A stretch of DNA of 64,000 bases from an uncultured Nitrososphaerota archaeon (GCA_963799845.1 CAWCYI010000004.1:1696001-1760000); one strand, 5' to 3'. Counted from the first letter of the stretch, positions 1 to 11,184 are shown. Numbers and translations: made by a program. The notes: a model not told the origin generated them from the letters alone.

Positions 1-219
1 GAAAGTCTGGGACAGTATGGATGTCTTGATCAATTGGAGCACAGAAGAGGTAATCTGGATCCCACCAATGTTGGATGGAATCAAGCTCGTGGGATTGAAC
101 GAGTTTCCGAATAAAGCAAGATAGAATAGCGCCGTAAAAAATCCGGGGAGCACCGCGGCCGGATTACGGATCCACTTCTTCAAAGCTCTTCCCGTTAGGG
201 CAGACAAATCCTCGAGCAT
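1..219 (-). CDS. ABC-2 type exporter permease, N-terminal part (runs off window)
   Basis: ATG at 219 abuts the stop of the ATPase; translates MLEDLSALTGRALKKWIRNPAAVLPGFFTALFYLALFG, a typical ABC-2 permease start. Confidence 0.8.
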   Translation of the reverse strand, partial: MLEDLSALTGRALKKWIRNPAAVLPGFFTALFYLALFGNSFNPTSLIPSNIGGIQITSSVLQLIKTSILSQTF

Positions 220-1215
220 CTAGTTCGTCCTCCCGAGGTTCATGTTCTGCACCCAGGATTCTTCCCCGCCTCCTTCGTCCTCCCTCATCGAGCGGCCTGT
301 GACGTCGAGGAACACGTCATCTAGTTTCGGCCGCGTGAAGGAGATTTCTGTAATCTTCAAGCCGCGTTTGGTGACGCCATCAATTATGACAGGAAGCGCC
401 TGTTCCGTCTTTGGGAGTTTCATCTTGTAATCCCGTCCTTCGTGGCTCACGTCGGTTACGTCGGGAACGGTCTTGAGAAATTCGGTGAGGTCTATATCGC
501 CGCTGACAGAGATGGAGAGGATGTCCCCGCCGAATTTTTCCTTCAAATCATTGGGCGAGCCAAGTACTTTTATCACTCCGTGATCTATTATCGCGATTCT
601 CTTGCACAACCCGTCAGCCTCTTCTAGGTAATGCGTGGTCATGAAGACAGTCAACCCGCGCTCCTTGTTTAGGCGGTTAATGTAATCCCAGACCTTCGTC
701 CTAGTCTGGATGTCCAACCCGAGCGTAGGTTCATCCAGGAACAACACCTTGGGGGAGTGAACGAGGCCCATCGCCATCTGCAGCCGCCTCCTCATACCAC
801 CGGAGTAGGTTCTCACACGCCTATCGGACGCTTCTTCTAGGTCGAAGAGCTTTAGCAGGTCCTTTGCCCTGACCGACATTTCGGATCGAGGGACATGGTG
901 AAGCCTCGCGGCAAGCACCAGATTCTCGATGCCCTTTAACTCATCATCGGCAGTAAGCTCCTGCGGGACAACACCGATGCTCCTTCGGACTGCCGAAGGA
1001 TCGTGAGCGACGTCAAAACCTGCGACGCTCGCTGTACCCGATGTGATAGACGCAAGAGTCGTCAGCATCTTGATCGTCGTAGTCTTCCCGGCCCCGTTGG
1101 GCCCGAGAAAACCGAACACTTCACCTTCTTCAACGGAAAAAGAAACGTCATCGACCGCCTTTGTCTTGGGCGGGTAAAGTTTGCTGATATTTTCAGCTTG
1201 AATAATAGAGGGCAT
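220..1215 (-). CDS. ABC exporter ATP-binding protein (DrrA-like)
   Basis: Walker A GPNGAGKT, signature YSGGM, Walker B LFLDEPT, TTHY; start taken at MPSIIQAEN. Confidence 0.93.
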   Translation of the reverse strand: MPSIIQAENISKLYPPKTKAVDDVSFSVEEGEVFGFLGPNGAGKTTTIKMLTTLASITSGTASVAGFDVAHDPSAVRRSIGVVPQELTADDELKGIENLVLAARLHHVPRSEMSVRAKDLLKLFDLEEASDRRVRTYSGGMRRRLQMAMGLVHSPKVLFLDEPTLGLDIQTRTKVWDYINRLNKERGLTVFMTTHYLEEADGLCKRIAIIDHGVIKVLGSPNDLKEKFGGDILSISVSGDIDLTEFLKTVPDVTDVSHEGRDYKMKLPKTEQALPVIIDGVTKRGLKITEISFTRPKLDDVFLDVTGRSMREDEGGGEESWVQNMNLGRTN

Positions 1216-1311
1216 TCGAGTTCGACAGAGCGTAAGGAACATAATGAAAAGCTTCTCCCTCAAGAATGCTACCGAAGGCTTTACAGGAGCGAGTCTCTTA
1301 CATCTACGACT

Positions 1312-2151
1312 ATGGCCTTCTGCCGAAATTGTGGTGCGACTCTCCCTTCAGCAGCAAAGTTCTGTCCTGCTTGCGGTGTTCCCGTCTACGCCTCGGGGAG
1401 AAATAGCGAAGTAACTCACAATTCGTTTCAGATTGCCGGTAAACCAAAGGTCATCATCAACCTCAGAACGCCGGGTTCAGTGGACGTAAGAAGAGGGGAA
1501 GCCGGAGCGATCACCGCAGACGCAGATGTGATGGAGCCGGAAAGTATCGATTACTCCGCAAGACAGGAGAGTAATCTCATCACGATCACGGGTCGGACAA
1601 AGTCCTGGAACCCACTGATCTGGGGATCCTACGCTTTTTCCGGAGGACCGAGAACCAACGTTCGAGTGACCATTCCTCCCGACGGTGACTTGACCATCGA
1701 GACGCAGACCGATTCGATTTCCGTGAGCGGGATTTCTGGCAGCATTAACGCCGAATCGAAGACCGGCCCGATTCGTTTGAAGGACTGCAATGGCACCTTC
1801 TCGATAAAGACGCATACGGGAAACGTCGACATGGACGACGTTAACGGTACGGTCGATGTTCGAAATACCATCGGGAACGTGAGCTACTCGGGAGCACTGT
1901 CGGCCGGCGTGAACGCTTTTCGAGCCACGACGGGTGATATTGAGGTTGCCCTAAAAGGAACTTCTGATCTTTCGCTCGACGCATCGACGACGGTGGGTCG
2001 CATTGTCTGCAGGCTGGAAATGACTGAATCGCACTATGATAGGGGTGATTTTGTCGGGCAGCGCCTTACGGGACGGATAGGTTCGGGCAAGGGCAGGCTG
2101 GTAATCGAAGCCACGACGGGCTCGATCTCGATCTACCGGGCTGGCAACTAG
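1312..2151 (+). CDS. Zinc-ribbon plus DUF4097/adhesin-like beta-repeat protein
   Basis: N-terminal CRNCG...KFCPACG ribbon, then repeated S/T-x-x-G-x-I/V beta motifs. Confidence 0.75.
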   Translation: MAFCRNCGATLPSAAKFCPACGVPVYASGRNSEVTHNSFQIAGKPKVIINLRTPGSVDVRRGEAGAITADADVMEPESIDYSARQESNLITITGRTKSWNPLIWGSYAFSGGPRTNVRVTIPPDGDLTIETQTDSISVSGISGSINAESKTGPIRLKDCNGTFSIKTHTGNVDMDDVNGTVDVRNTIGNVSYSGALSAGVNAFRATTGDIEVALKGTSDLSLDASTTVGRIVCRLEMTESHYDRGDFVGQRLTGRIGSGKGRLVIEATTGSISIYRAGN

Positions 2152-2880
2152 ATAACGCCGAGATGGTACTTTCCTTCTATTTCCTGGATCCGCTTTGGGT
2201 TAATCGGCGGCATCGGGGGAACCACGAAGTAGTTTGTGAGCTGGCGTCCCGCGCCGTAAAACATGAAATAATATACAAGGTGGCTCAAGTACGGATCTTC
2301 AAGCCCCGAGAGAGACACGCGAAGTTCGCGCATCTTCTGGAACATTTTCGGGAACAATCCGCGGTATTCGTCGTAGATGCGGTCAAACATAACCACCAGA
2401 GGGTCGTTATAGTCTCCCCAAGCTCTGTAAAATTGTGATGCTATCCGCCTGATTGCCTGATTTGCGATCATCGTGGGAAAGGGTGAGCGGTGGTTAGCCC
2501 ACCAGGCAGTAGGCCAGCCAGACGTTACACGCTCTCCCGTGAAAAGGTTGCAGAGCTCGTGGGCAAGAATTCCATAACGGTACCTGGTTTCCTCCCCACT
2601 GCCCCGCGCAGTAGCTGAGTTCTCCGTTGCCGGTTGCTCCGGATATACCTCCTTGACACTCGGTACTCGGTCTGACAGAGACACGGATTGGAAGATTATT
2701 TGCGTCCCCGAGCTGGAGGATATCGTTTTTGTAAACCGAGTACACTTTCTCCAGGTAAAGCAGTCCTTCCCTAGCAATCCAGTCCGAACCAACGACGCTG
2801 CTCCTCCCGAACTGGGGGCGCCACTCGAAATGCTCGGATCGCCCTAAGAAATATTCATCCTGAGGATTTCCGGCAGTGTC
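2148..2880 (-). CDS. Hypothetical protein with HExxN zincin-like motif, apparently frameshifted near 2600-2618
   Basis: Upstream frame (EHFEWRPQF...GATGNGELSYCAGQW) joins downstream frame (ETRYRYGILAHELCNLFTGE) if one base is removed; start uncertain. Confidence 0.45.
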
Positions 2881-3055
2881 GTCCTTTCTCCTCTTCCTTG
2901 AAAAAATTGAAAAATCCCTTCCCTCCTCAAATCTCGATTTTTCTGCAATTTATTACCTGTCTAGAGCCAGATGAACCGTACAGAAAATAGCCAGTATCCT
3001 ACTAAAAACGATTATTACTCCAATCAGCCCTCATACAAGGAAGAGGTTTTGTTCA

Positions 3056-3652
3056 TTGCACAGATATCTCGTCAGACTGGCGAACAAGAAAAATTACTCT
3101 CCAAAGCAGACTTTGCCACTGATGATCGAATTCAGAAAGAAAGTTGACAAGTTCGGCACCGTCGTTAAGAACATGCGAGTAACGGGGGTTGCCATCGAAT
3201 TCGATCTTTATGCCAACGACAAGGCTTCGATGGAAGAGTCAGTAAAGGAATTATCCGAAGAATACGGAAATGTCCTTCTTGGTCGGGATCTGACAGAGCA
3301 AGATACGAGTTTTCCAACTCTCTATCACGACAAGGAAGAAACAGTCAAGGAATCGGTCCAACTTTTCAACGAGCAGCGATACTGGGAGTGTCATGAAGCT
3401 ATGGAACAGATCTGGCGCAGGGAAACAAATCCGACCGAGAAAGCATTGCAGCAGGGAATGATTCTTTCTGCTTCTGCTTTGGTTCACGCACAGAAAGATG
3501 AGGACGCCATTTGCATCGGGATGATTCCCAGCGCCCTCACGAGGCTTAATCAATGGAAAGAAGCAAGCTACTATACTCTTAACGTGGATCTCTTGAAGAA
3601 AAGCATGGAAGAGATTCTAAAAAGCGGTAAGATTACCTATCCTAAGATATGA
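3056..3652 (+). CDS. DUF309 domain protein with N-terminal extension
   Basis: FNEQRYWECHEAMEQIW...QGMI motif typical of DUF309. Confidence 0.8.
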   Translation: MHRYLVRLANKKNYSPKQTLPLMIEFRKKVDKFGTVVKNMRVTGVAIEFDLYANDKASMEESVKELSEEYGNVLLGRDLTEQDTSFPTLYHDKEETVKESVQLFNEQRYWECHEAMEQIWRRETNPTEKALQQGMILSASALVHAQKDEDAICIGMIPSALTRLNQWKEASYYTLNVDLLKKSMEEILKSGKITYPKI

Positions 3653-3805
3653 GGTTTCGCCTCTCAGCTCTTCTCAGGCGAACTCTTCCGCGCTGGATAT
3701 GATATTTCTAGGCATGATAATTGAGCTTAAAAATCCACATCTGCGATAACCTGCAGGACAACAAAATCTTGGTATCTTTGGAATCAAGACTTCCCCGTAG
3801 ACCCG

Positions 3806-4228
3806 ATGAATCTTCCAAAAGCCGGAGGCATCTGTAGCTTGGCAATCAAAGATCCACAAAGGTTGTGCGAATCGCTTCTTTCAATAGATCCCGGGATCAT
3901 ATACACCTGCATTCTCTCGTCGACTGGAGAGCAAATCAGCTCCGCAGCCAAGCCATCCGCCAAAGTGATCATAACATCAAACGATCAATTAATCAGTCAC
4001 TTCAAAGCGGTCAGTCAGCTCGTTACAGCGTACGTTAACTCCGCACCTGCATTGCCTCAGGGAGAACGTTTGTTCGGTGAACTGAAAGACATCGTGGCGA
4101 CGTTCGGTAACCTTAGAGTGATATTGATTCTAAACCAAACTTTGCAAGCAGTGGTTGCTTTGGTAACATTGAAAGAGGCTGATTCAAAGAAGATAACATT
4201 CCAATCGTCAAAGATAATTGCTGGCTAG
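3806..4228 (+). CDS. Roadblock/profilin-like small protein (thaumarchaeal-type)
   Basis: LCESLLSIDPGIIYTCILSSTGEQI...FGELKDIVATF alpha/beta pattern. Confidence 0.55.
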   Translation: MNLPKAGGICSLAIKDPQRLCESLLSIDPGIIYTCILSSTGEQISSAAKPSAKVIITSNDQLISHFKAVSQLVTAYVNSAPALPQGERLFGELKDIVATFGNLRVILILNQTLQAVVALVTLKEADSKKITFQSSKIIAG

Positions 4229-4244
4229 TTCTGATTTCGGCGAG

Positions 4245-5174
4245 TCACTCCTCGATATTTCGTAAGATCCCCTGCCCAAATCCCAGCGAAATTTCCATGT
4301 CCGGGTTGAGATTTCCCTGCTTTGATTTGAGGCAGGCGTCAACCGGGTCGTACGAGTCGATCACCCCGGTGGCATCATCCATTGATTGATAACTTATGAG
4401 GTGGTTTGAATTACTCTCAGAAACCACTCCGGTCTCGTAATTCTTTGAGAATTCGCTTGATGATTCTATAACAGAGTAGGGGTTTGCCCTGATATAATCC
4501 ACAATGTCCTCAACGCCGGTGTTGCTCCCATCACGTTCGATTGGCTGGACGAGAGCGTTTATCGCCATCGAAAGTTTTTCGCAGAGACGAGCGTAGGCGT
4601 CGATGAAGGGCAGTTTATCTTTGATCAAGGCATCATTTCCGAGGAGCATGATGCCGTCGGAAATCCTAGTAAGCTGGCGAAGAGCACAACCGGCAAAAAA
4701 ATGCTTGTGCTTCTCAAAGATGAAAGGCATCGAGACGATACCTACCACCATCGCGTGAACCTGCCTCGCACATGCTGCCACAAGTGGAGCCAGACCAGAA
4801 CCGACGGAGCCACCCAGTCCAACAATAATCAATACGATTTGAGATCCCTCCAGAGCATATTTCACCTGATCGAGCTGGGAAAACACCATACCGCGCACAT
4901 TTGCTGGGCTTCTCTCACTCGCATTTGAAATCCGTAGGAGTATTTTCTTTCCCGAAGAAATATCCGCAACATCCTCTTCGTCGCAGCTGATGTATAGAAA
5001 ATTGCTCAATTGTTTGCACTGGTGGGAAAGCTCGTGAGCAATGTCGCAACCCCTCGTCGAAATTCCAACGACCGTGATCTTCTTGCCATAGGTCTCTTTG
5101 AAAAGGGCGAAATCAGTTATCTTGAAATTTTTTCTCAGCAAAACGGTGGAGGATCGCGGCATGGCTAGCCGCAA
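4245..5174 (-). CDS. Divergent FtsZ/tubulin-family protein
   Basis: GLGGSVGSG variant of the tubulin signature, SMPFIFE, LGND; C-terminal domain degenerate. Confidence 0.8.
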   Translation of the reverse strand: MRLAMPRSSTVLLRKNFKITDFALFKETYGKKITVVGISTRGCDIAHELSHQCKQLSNFLYISCDEEDVADISSGKKILLRISNASERSPANVRGMVFSQLDQVKYALEGSQIVLIIVGLGGSVGSGLAPLVAACARQVHAMVVGIVSMPFIFEKHKHFFAGCALRQLTRISDGIMLLGNDALIKDKLPFIDAYARLCEKLSMAINALVQPIERDGSNTGVEDIVDYIRANPYSVIESSSEFSKNYETGVVSESNSNHLISYQSMDDATGVIDSYDPVDACLKSKQGNLNPDMEISLGFGQGILRNIEE

Positions 5175-5417
5175 GGCCAGTGTGACCCGCGTATTTATTT
5201 TCGCACTTTGTTAATCTCAACCAATCTTGTCAACAAGTGCTACTGCAATCTAGTGGTAACATCGCCTTTGAAAATCGCAATTCGGTAGAGCTCGGAGAAA
5301 TCCATTGCGGGAGAAGTTCCAGAGGTTGAGAGTGTCCTTGAGACTCTAAAACATCTAACGTCGCGATGCTTTTAATTCGACCTTTATTGAAATAGAAGCA
5401 TCTGGATCGCAGGGACT

Positions 5418-5828
5418 TTGAAACTGCCAAGAATTCTCAGCTCACTTTTAGTCGCGTCTGCTCTTTCTCTCACGTTCGGAGGAATCCTGCTCTACGTTTA
5501 TGCGCTCGTTCCTGTCATTCTAGTCGAGACCACATTTGCAGCGGTAATTGTGCTATTCATACTGTCTTATTTTGTCTCAAAGGGAAACATGATCTCGATA
5601 AATATCGGAACGATTCTGGGAGTCATCGCTCCAATAATGTCGTACCTCACACCGGCCCACGTTGGAGTCCTCGAGCAAATCGGGACGGGGGGCCTAATCT
5701 CGTTATTGGGAATTTTGCAGCTTTTAGGATTCTACCTATTCCCAATTCTATATGTCATCCTGCGGATCGTTTACAACGGAAAACTCAAGCAGCTAGCAAA
5801 TTCACCGCGCGCTTTTGTAAGATCCTGA
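5418..5828 (+). CDS. Small membrane protein (about 4 TM)
   Basis: Hydrophobic 136-aa ORF. Confidence 0.7.
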   Translation: MKLPRILSSLLVASALSLTFGGILLYVYALVPVILVETTFAAVIVLFILSYFVSKGNMISINIGTILGVIAPIMSYLTPAHVGVLEQIGTGGLISLLGILQLLGFYLFPILYVILRIVYNGKLKQLANSPRAFVRS

Positions 5829-6555
5829 GAATACATGGCGGCATCCGGATCCCAGCTACTTAGCAAGCCAGCGTTTCAATTTCGATGCTTTCAAACGAAG
5901 CAAAATCATAATAGTATACGCATCACTTTCGGGATCAAGTCGCGCGCTTTGATTTGGAAGAACCGCCCCTTTTTGCCGAGCAAGAAGCTATTGCTCTAGT
6001 GCGCGAACTACGCAGGATTGAACTTTCGAATTACCGAGGGGTCGGCGGAATCGTAAGGTACGAACAGCGTTTTATCTCTCTAGAGCAACTCGCAGTAGAA
6101 TCGAATTTTCTACCTAGATGCTGAGCCGAGATACTAGGGCGTCTCAGAAGTAAAAATTAGAATCTAACGTTAGTTCGTGACTCCTAGAATGGTGACCGCA
6201 AATGTGATGGATGCGACGACAGCATCTAAAATGTTCTCGGTAAGAAAATACGGAGCCGCCAGCGCCGTAAGTGCTGGCGAAATAAGATATTCCTGTGAAG
6301 GCGGCACGACTAATTGCACTGCTCTTTTTCGATTATTGTTTGAAGAAGCGAATTTATGAAATCATAGTCTTTCTTCGAGCCCAACCTGGTATATCGGGAT
6401 TCGATATATGTCTCTTGGCCTGTCGAATCGCACGCGATCAGAAAGTATCGAGCAAGGAGTCTACTTCTGTTCAGCCTCATCTTCTCGCATAGCTTTTCTC
6501 CAAATCGACTTGGCCGAACCTCTTTCTTTGAATCAAGTTAGGTAACAGCACTGAT

Positions 6556-6571
6556 TTGCAATATATTGCAA
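6556..6571. promoter_or_regulatory. Perfect 16-bp palindrome TTGCAATATATTGCAA, candidate operator
   Basis: Seen directly, 80 bp upstream of the 6651 ORF. Confidence 0.4.
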
Positions 6572-6650
6572 TGGTCCCATATTCAGTTCTAGACTGTTAA
6601 ATTCTCTTGGTTTAAGAACGATATTTCAAAAGCGCGATTCGATTCTTGAA

Positions 6651-8483
6651 ATGCAAAAAAATTGCTTAAGATCGAATCAAGTTAATGGTCTAAGCTTCAG
6701 AATAAACTCGAAATTTCATAATTCAGTACCCTTTACACGTCGGTCTATCTGTATCAATCTGTTGGTGATCGCTACTTTTGCGCTAGCATCCACTGTTTCA
6801 ATGGTCGGAGTCAGCATCCATGCTTCCGGATATTCTCAGGTTTCGAATTCTCAATCCGCACAGACATCAAGTCTTTATCCACTGGTAAAGTCCCCCGCGG
6901 TTCCGTCATCACTATATGAAGTGAACGTGGGTGGAAAGTCTCCACTTTCCAACTCGACAAATATTCCACTGAACTATCCACTACCAAAATCATCTACACC
7001 TGCCACGACAATTTATGTTGTGGGTTCATCTGGATTCAGTTATACAATTGGAGCACTTGAAGGTATAGTAGCAAGAAGTCAACCACAAATGTTTCTGATA
7101 ACAAACAGTCAAGATAGATCGTGGTTGACATTTACCGAAAGCTACTACAAAGGCATTACAGATCAAACACTAACAGCAAGTCAAGCATTCTCGAAATTTT
7201 CGTCATACTTCTCAACAAACGGAAAAGCAAATATCATAGTTTATGATGACAGTGATCCGAATTTTCCGTTAGAAGTAAACATGGCGAGAACACTAGCAGG
7301 AGCTTACAATGCGATTCCTGTTGGTTCAAGTGAGCTATCAACTTTCGATGGATATTTCAAAAATAATGTGAATGTTCTTTATAATCTGAAGACTATGTAC
7401 GGCTCAACATTCACTGATACGTTATCTGGTTATCAGTGGCTCTGGAACAATGTTCAAGGTAGGATAGGAAATCAATTCTTTGTGATCTCGCCATCAGCAA
7501 ATATCGGTCTCACAGATTATGCAGTGGAATGGAAGGCCTTCATCTTTAGTTTTAGTGACATTTCTCCTACAGATCTCACGCAAGCTGAGTTGAATTTCGC
7601 TAATACTGTAATGAGTTCATATCCAAGCGGGACTCCGGTGTTAGGATTCTTTGGTCTCGGTGGAGAAGGAAATACTGTTGGAAGCCTAACAACACACCAA
7701 GAATATATGACAGTATCCGATGATGCTGCAGATCTTTCTTTCTACTCAGGCTTTCCTAACGCTGAAAACTTGCAACAAACTACTGCGGCACCTATTTCTT
7801 ACCAAGCATCAAAGACATACGTTTTGTGGCAATTCACTCAAGGTGATGCTCTTGCGCAATACCTAATGTATTCAAACTGGGCGCAGTTCACTCAGAAAGA
7901 TAGCAGCGGGAAACTGTACATATCTGAAATTCCATCAGATTGGCAAATTAATCCGTTGATGGCTGAAATTGCGCCACCGATTATGGAAGGATGGTACACG
8001 ACTGCAACATCAGACACGTCATTCATTTCAGGTGCGTCAGGAGGAATCTATGTTCATCCTGATACCTTACCAATTACTAGTCAATTTTTCAATGTTGTTC
8101 TTCCACTTGATAAAAATGCTCAGATAAACTATCAGTTTGTAATCTTTGGACAACGACCACCAGGAACATCTGCAATAACAAATTACATTCAACAATCAGG
8201 AGCAGATGCGATATTCAACTGGCAGAAAACAGGTGCAAGTCCGATTGTAATTAGTCATGTTCCTGTCTTTTACCAAACCTTTACAGTTAGTACCGGGACC
8301 TCTGCGAGTTCAGTTGAGAGCCAAATCAAATCAGCAGGAACACACTTTGTCTATGTTACAATGAATGCGAATAATCCAGGAATGCCATTCATACAACAAG
8401 TGATGAGTTCACTCGGTTCAAATTATGTAGCAGTAAGATCTGACCAGTTTGTTGAATTATTCTGCAATAGTCAGTCATGTTAG
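6651..8483 (+). CDS. Secreted GxGYxYP-type putative glycoside hydrolase
   Basis: Signal/TM segment; LEGIVAR-P, TDYAVEWKAF, PVLGF, QGD, SGGIYVHP motifs; locally AT-rich. Confidence 0.7.
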   Translation: MQKNCLRSNQVNGLSFRINSKFHNSVPFTRRSICINLLVIATFALASTVSMVGVSIHASGYSQVSNSQSAQTSSLYPLVKSPAVPSSLYEVNVGGKSPLSNSTNIPLNYPLPKSSTPATTIYVVGSSGFSYTIGALEGIVARSQPQMFLITNSQDRSWLTFTESYYKGITDQTLTASQAFSKFSSYFSTNGKANIIVYDDSDPNFPLEVNMARTLAGAYNAIPVGSSELSTFDGYFKNNVNVLYNLKTMYGSTFTDTLSGYQWLWNNVQGRIGNQFFVISPSANIGLTDYAVEWKAFIFSFSDISPTDLTQAELNFANTVMSSYPSGTPVLGFFGLGGEGNTVGSLTTHQEYMTVSDDAADLSFYSGFPNAENLQQTTAAPISYQASKTYVLWQFTQGDALAQYLMYSNWAQFTQKDSSGKLYISEIPSDWQINPLMAEIAPPIMEGWYTTATSDTSFISGASGGIYVHPDTLPITSQFFNVVLPLDKNAQINYQFVIFGQRPPGTSAITNYIQQSGADAIFNWQKTGASPIVISHVPVFYQTFTVSTGTSASSVESQIKSAGTHFVYVTMNANNPGMPFIQQVMSSLGSNYVAVRSDQFVELFCNSQSC

Positions 8484-8721
8484 AGAAACTCAACAGACAC
8501 TCGATCCTTCAAAAGGAAAAGCTGATGTTCACCTAGCCGAGGTTGCACTTTGCTATACAAAGTTAGGCAGGACAGATGTAGCGAGAAAGATACTGAACGA
8601 TCTCGTTGGGATTTCAAAGGATCAATATATCCTAGCAGATTATGTTTTTCCTCTTTATCTAGCGTTTGGCGAGAAGGACAAAGCTTTCGAATACTTGGAA
8701 AAGCGCGCGCGCTTCAACTGA
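8484..8721 (+). pseudogene. Remnant of TPR C-terminus of an adenylate-cyclase/TolB-like regulator
   Basis: AEVALCYTKLGRTDVARKILNDL...YLAFGEKDKAFEYLEK with no plausible N-terminus. Confidence 0.55.
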
Positions 8722-9010
8722 GCGTATTTGAATTCGCTTTCGCCCGTCTAATTCGATTTATGATTACTACGATTGGAGGATGCCTAAAGTCCCAAAGGTC
8801 GAAAAATAAACAGAAGGAAAACGATGCCGCAATGAATAAGATGACCAAAACGAAGTTAGTGTCATTACGAATAAAGAGATGTCCTCCGATATCGCCACCA
8901 ATTCCATAATCAAAAAGGAAAAAATAAGATAGCAGAAGGTAAAGTCCGAGGAAAAGAAAATTGCTCTTCAAATTTTCTTTGTATTTTGACCGAGAAGACA
9001 ATTGCGTCAA
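8714..9010 (-). CDS. Hypothetical small membrane protein
   Basis: Two hydrophobic segments. Confidence 0.35.
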   Translation of the reverse strand: MTQLSSRSKYKENLKSNFLFLGLYLLLSYFFLFDYGIGGDIGGHLFIRNDTNFVLVILFIAASFSFCLFFDLWDFRHPPIVVIINRIRRAKANSNTLS

Positions 9011-9442
9011 AGGTCGTTAACTTCCCAACTTTGAGAATTAATCAGATTCGTTCCTTATAAATTGTGAACAATTGCAGATTGAACTTCTTCCAGAGAGTTT
9101 CCGAATTAGAAGAATGAACCTTTAGCGGTAGCGTTTTCGACACCCTCGCTACTCTTCTACACACACACCAATAGATGAAGTTCAAACAGTTTCAAAATAC
9201 TTGTTCGTAGTTCGTTCTTCAATGGGGTCTATGACTCTGAACGATACTAACGGAACGAAACGCTAAATCGCAATATGTGGGCGTCACTGATGTGACCTTA
9301 TTCCACACCGCCGCATATCGATTTTAGCAAATACTATTGGATGGGCAGGGCAGTTGTGTGGTGGGGATTAGGCATCATCACTACCTATAGGTCGATCGAA
9401 GGTATCATCGATAACTTCGGCCTCTTCTCAATCTCTGCAACT

Positions 9443-10255
9443 TTACGGTTGCCGCCATCTCGCCTTGAAAGCCGCAAGACCAAACAAGAAAATCGTCGAT
9501 CCCAAAAGCACTATCCAGCTCAGAGCAATCTGGCTTGACGAATACGACTGCAGTCCGAACGCCGCTTGCATGAGAATTGAAAGATGGGTCGTGGGAACGA
9601 AATACGCAAGGAACCTGTAATTGGAAGGGATAACGTCGATTGGATAGAAAACTGGTGGGACTACGGTCAGTACCGTCGATACGAGCGAGGTAACCGAGAA
9701 GGCGCTCCTGCTCCTGAGGATGAACGTCGAAAGAAAGAATCCCAGGGCAGAGGAGAGTACCCAGGCTAGAAGCATGACGAGAATTACAATGGGAAAGCTC
9801 CAGTTTATCAGTCCCTGATATCCAAAGAAGGCAATCAACACGGCAAGGGACGGCGTGACGAAGGTGAGCTCCCCAAGGCTCAGACCAACCATATAGTCAA
9901 CCGCCCGCAGCGGCGATGCAACGCAAAAATCTTGGAACTTGAACTGGAGCCTGTTATACGTCGCATCCGCTCCCAGGAAAAGTCCCGCCCCGACAAGAAT
10001 CGAGATTGTGGCTCCAATCAGCCCGTACGGGAGATACTGTTTACCGCCGACGACGAACAGGAAAAACAACACCGTGAAGGGAGTCGTCGAACTGAACACG
10101 ATGAAACCGGGTGAGCGGATGACGACGAGAATCCCGGTGTAGTAAGAAAGCGCCCCTATCGCCCTAATTCTTGAGGAAAAATCGCGCCTCTGCGGTCTCG
10201 GACGATCAATTCCATTTTTTCCCTCCTCAATCGTTTCCAAAGTTCCGCTACTCAC
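9443..10255 (-). CDS. ABC-2 type permease
   Basis: About 6 TM, PPVFYPI...PTTH motif; overlaps the ATPase stop. Confidence 0.88.
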   Translation of the reverse strand: MSSGTLETIEEGKNGIDRPRPQRRDFSSRIRAIGALSYYTGILVVIRSPGFIVFSSTTPFTVLFFLFVVGGKQYLPYGLIGATISILVGAGLFLGADATYNRLQFKFQDFCVASPLRAVDYMVGLSLGELTFVTPSLAVLIAFFGYQGLINWSFPIVILVMLLAWVLSSALGFFLSTFILRSRSAFSVTSLVSTVLTVVPPVFYPIDVIPSNYRFLAYFVPTTHLSILMQAAFGLQSYSSSQIALSWIVLLGSTIFLFGLAAFKARWRQP

Positions 10256-11184
10256 TATCCTCTTCCTCCCCCTCGCCCACGAGATCTATGAAAACGTCAT
10301 CCAGGCTGACGGGAGAAACGTTCGCGCTCACCTTTCTTTCAATTGCGAGCGAAGCAAGCCTGCCGGCTCTCTGCTCGTCGGTGAGCACTCTGTAATTGTC
10401 TCCGATCCTCATCACTTTCCCGAAGGACCTCAACTCGTCTTCGTAAAATCCCGAAGCGATGTCCACCCGCATAGTTTCCCTGAGCGAGGACTTTCAGCTC
10501 TGAGACGGTGCCGACTCTCAGGAGCCTCCCCTTTGAAACGATTGCTATCTTGTCTGATATCGACTCCGCCTCGTCGAGGTAGTGGGTCGTGAGGAGTATC
10601 GTTTTCCCCACGTGCTTCAGGTTAACTATCATCTTCCAGACCTCGCGTCTTGCGACGGGATCGAGACCGATCGTGGGCTCGTCAAGGAAGATCAGTTGGG
10701 CTTCTGTCGCGAGCGCCATCGCAACGAGAGTCCGCTGCCTCAATCCGCCGCTCAATTCGTCTGCATGAACGTTTGAGTACGGCGAAAGACCGAGGCTCGC
10801 CAGAGTTTTTCTCGCCTGCGGTCTCGCGTCGCTAAAGTGCCAGCCGCGAGAAGTGAGGCTCATCATCACGTGGTCGTAAGGAGTCAAGGATTCAAACGTC
10901 CTCATCTCTTGAGGGACGGCAGCGATTCTCTCCCTGACCTCCGTGGTCTGGTTTACAGCGTCAAATCCGAGAACTGTGATTTTCCCTGAAGTCGGTTTCA
11001 GCTGTGTTGCAGCCATCCGGAGAAAGGTTGTCTTTCCGGCTCCATTTTTTCCCAGAAGCGTGAATATCGTAGCCCTTGGAATCGTAAGGGTCATGTCCTG
11101 CAGAGCAGGCCTCGATGACCTGCCGTATGTCTTGGATAGAGAAACGCACTCTATCGCAATGTCAGAAGAATCGAGCCGCTGCAT
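10248..11184 (-). CDS. ABC exporter ATP-binding protein (one extra base near 10482)
   Basis: GKNGAGKT, LSGG, IFLDEPT; C-terminus ...SLDDVFIDLVG lies in the shifted frame; span 937 = 3n+1. Confidence 0.88.
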
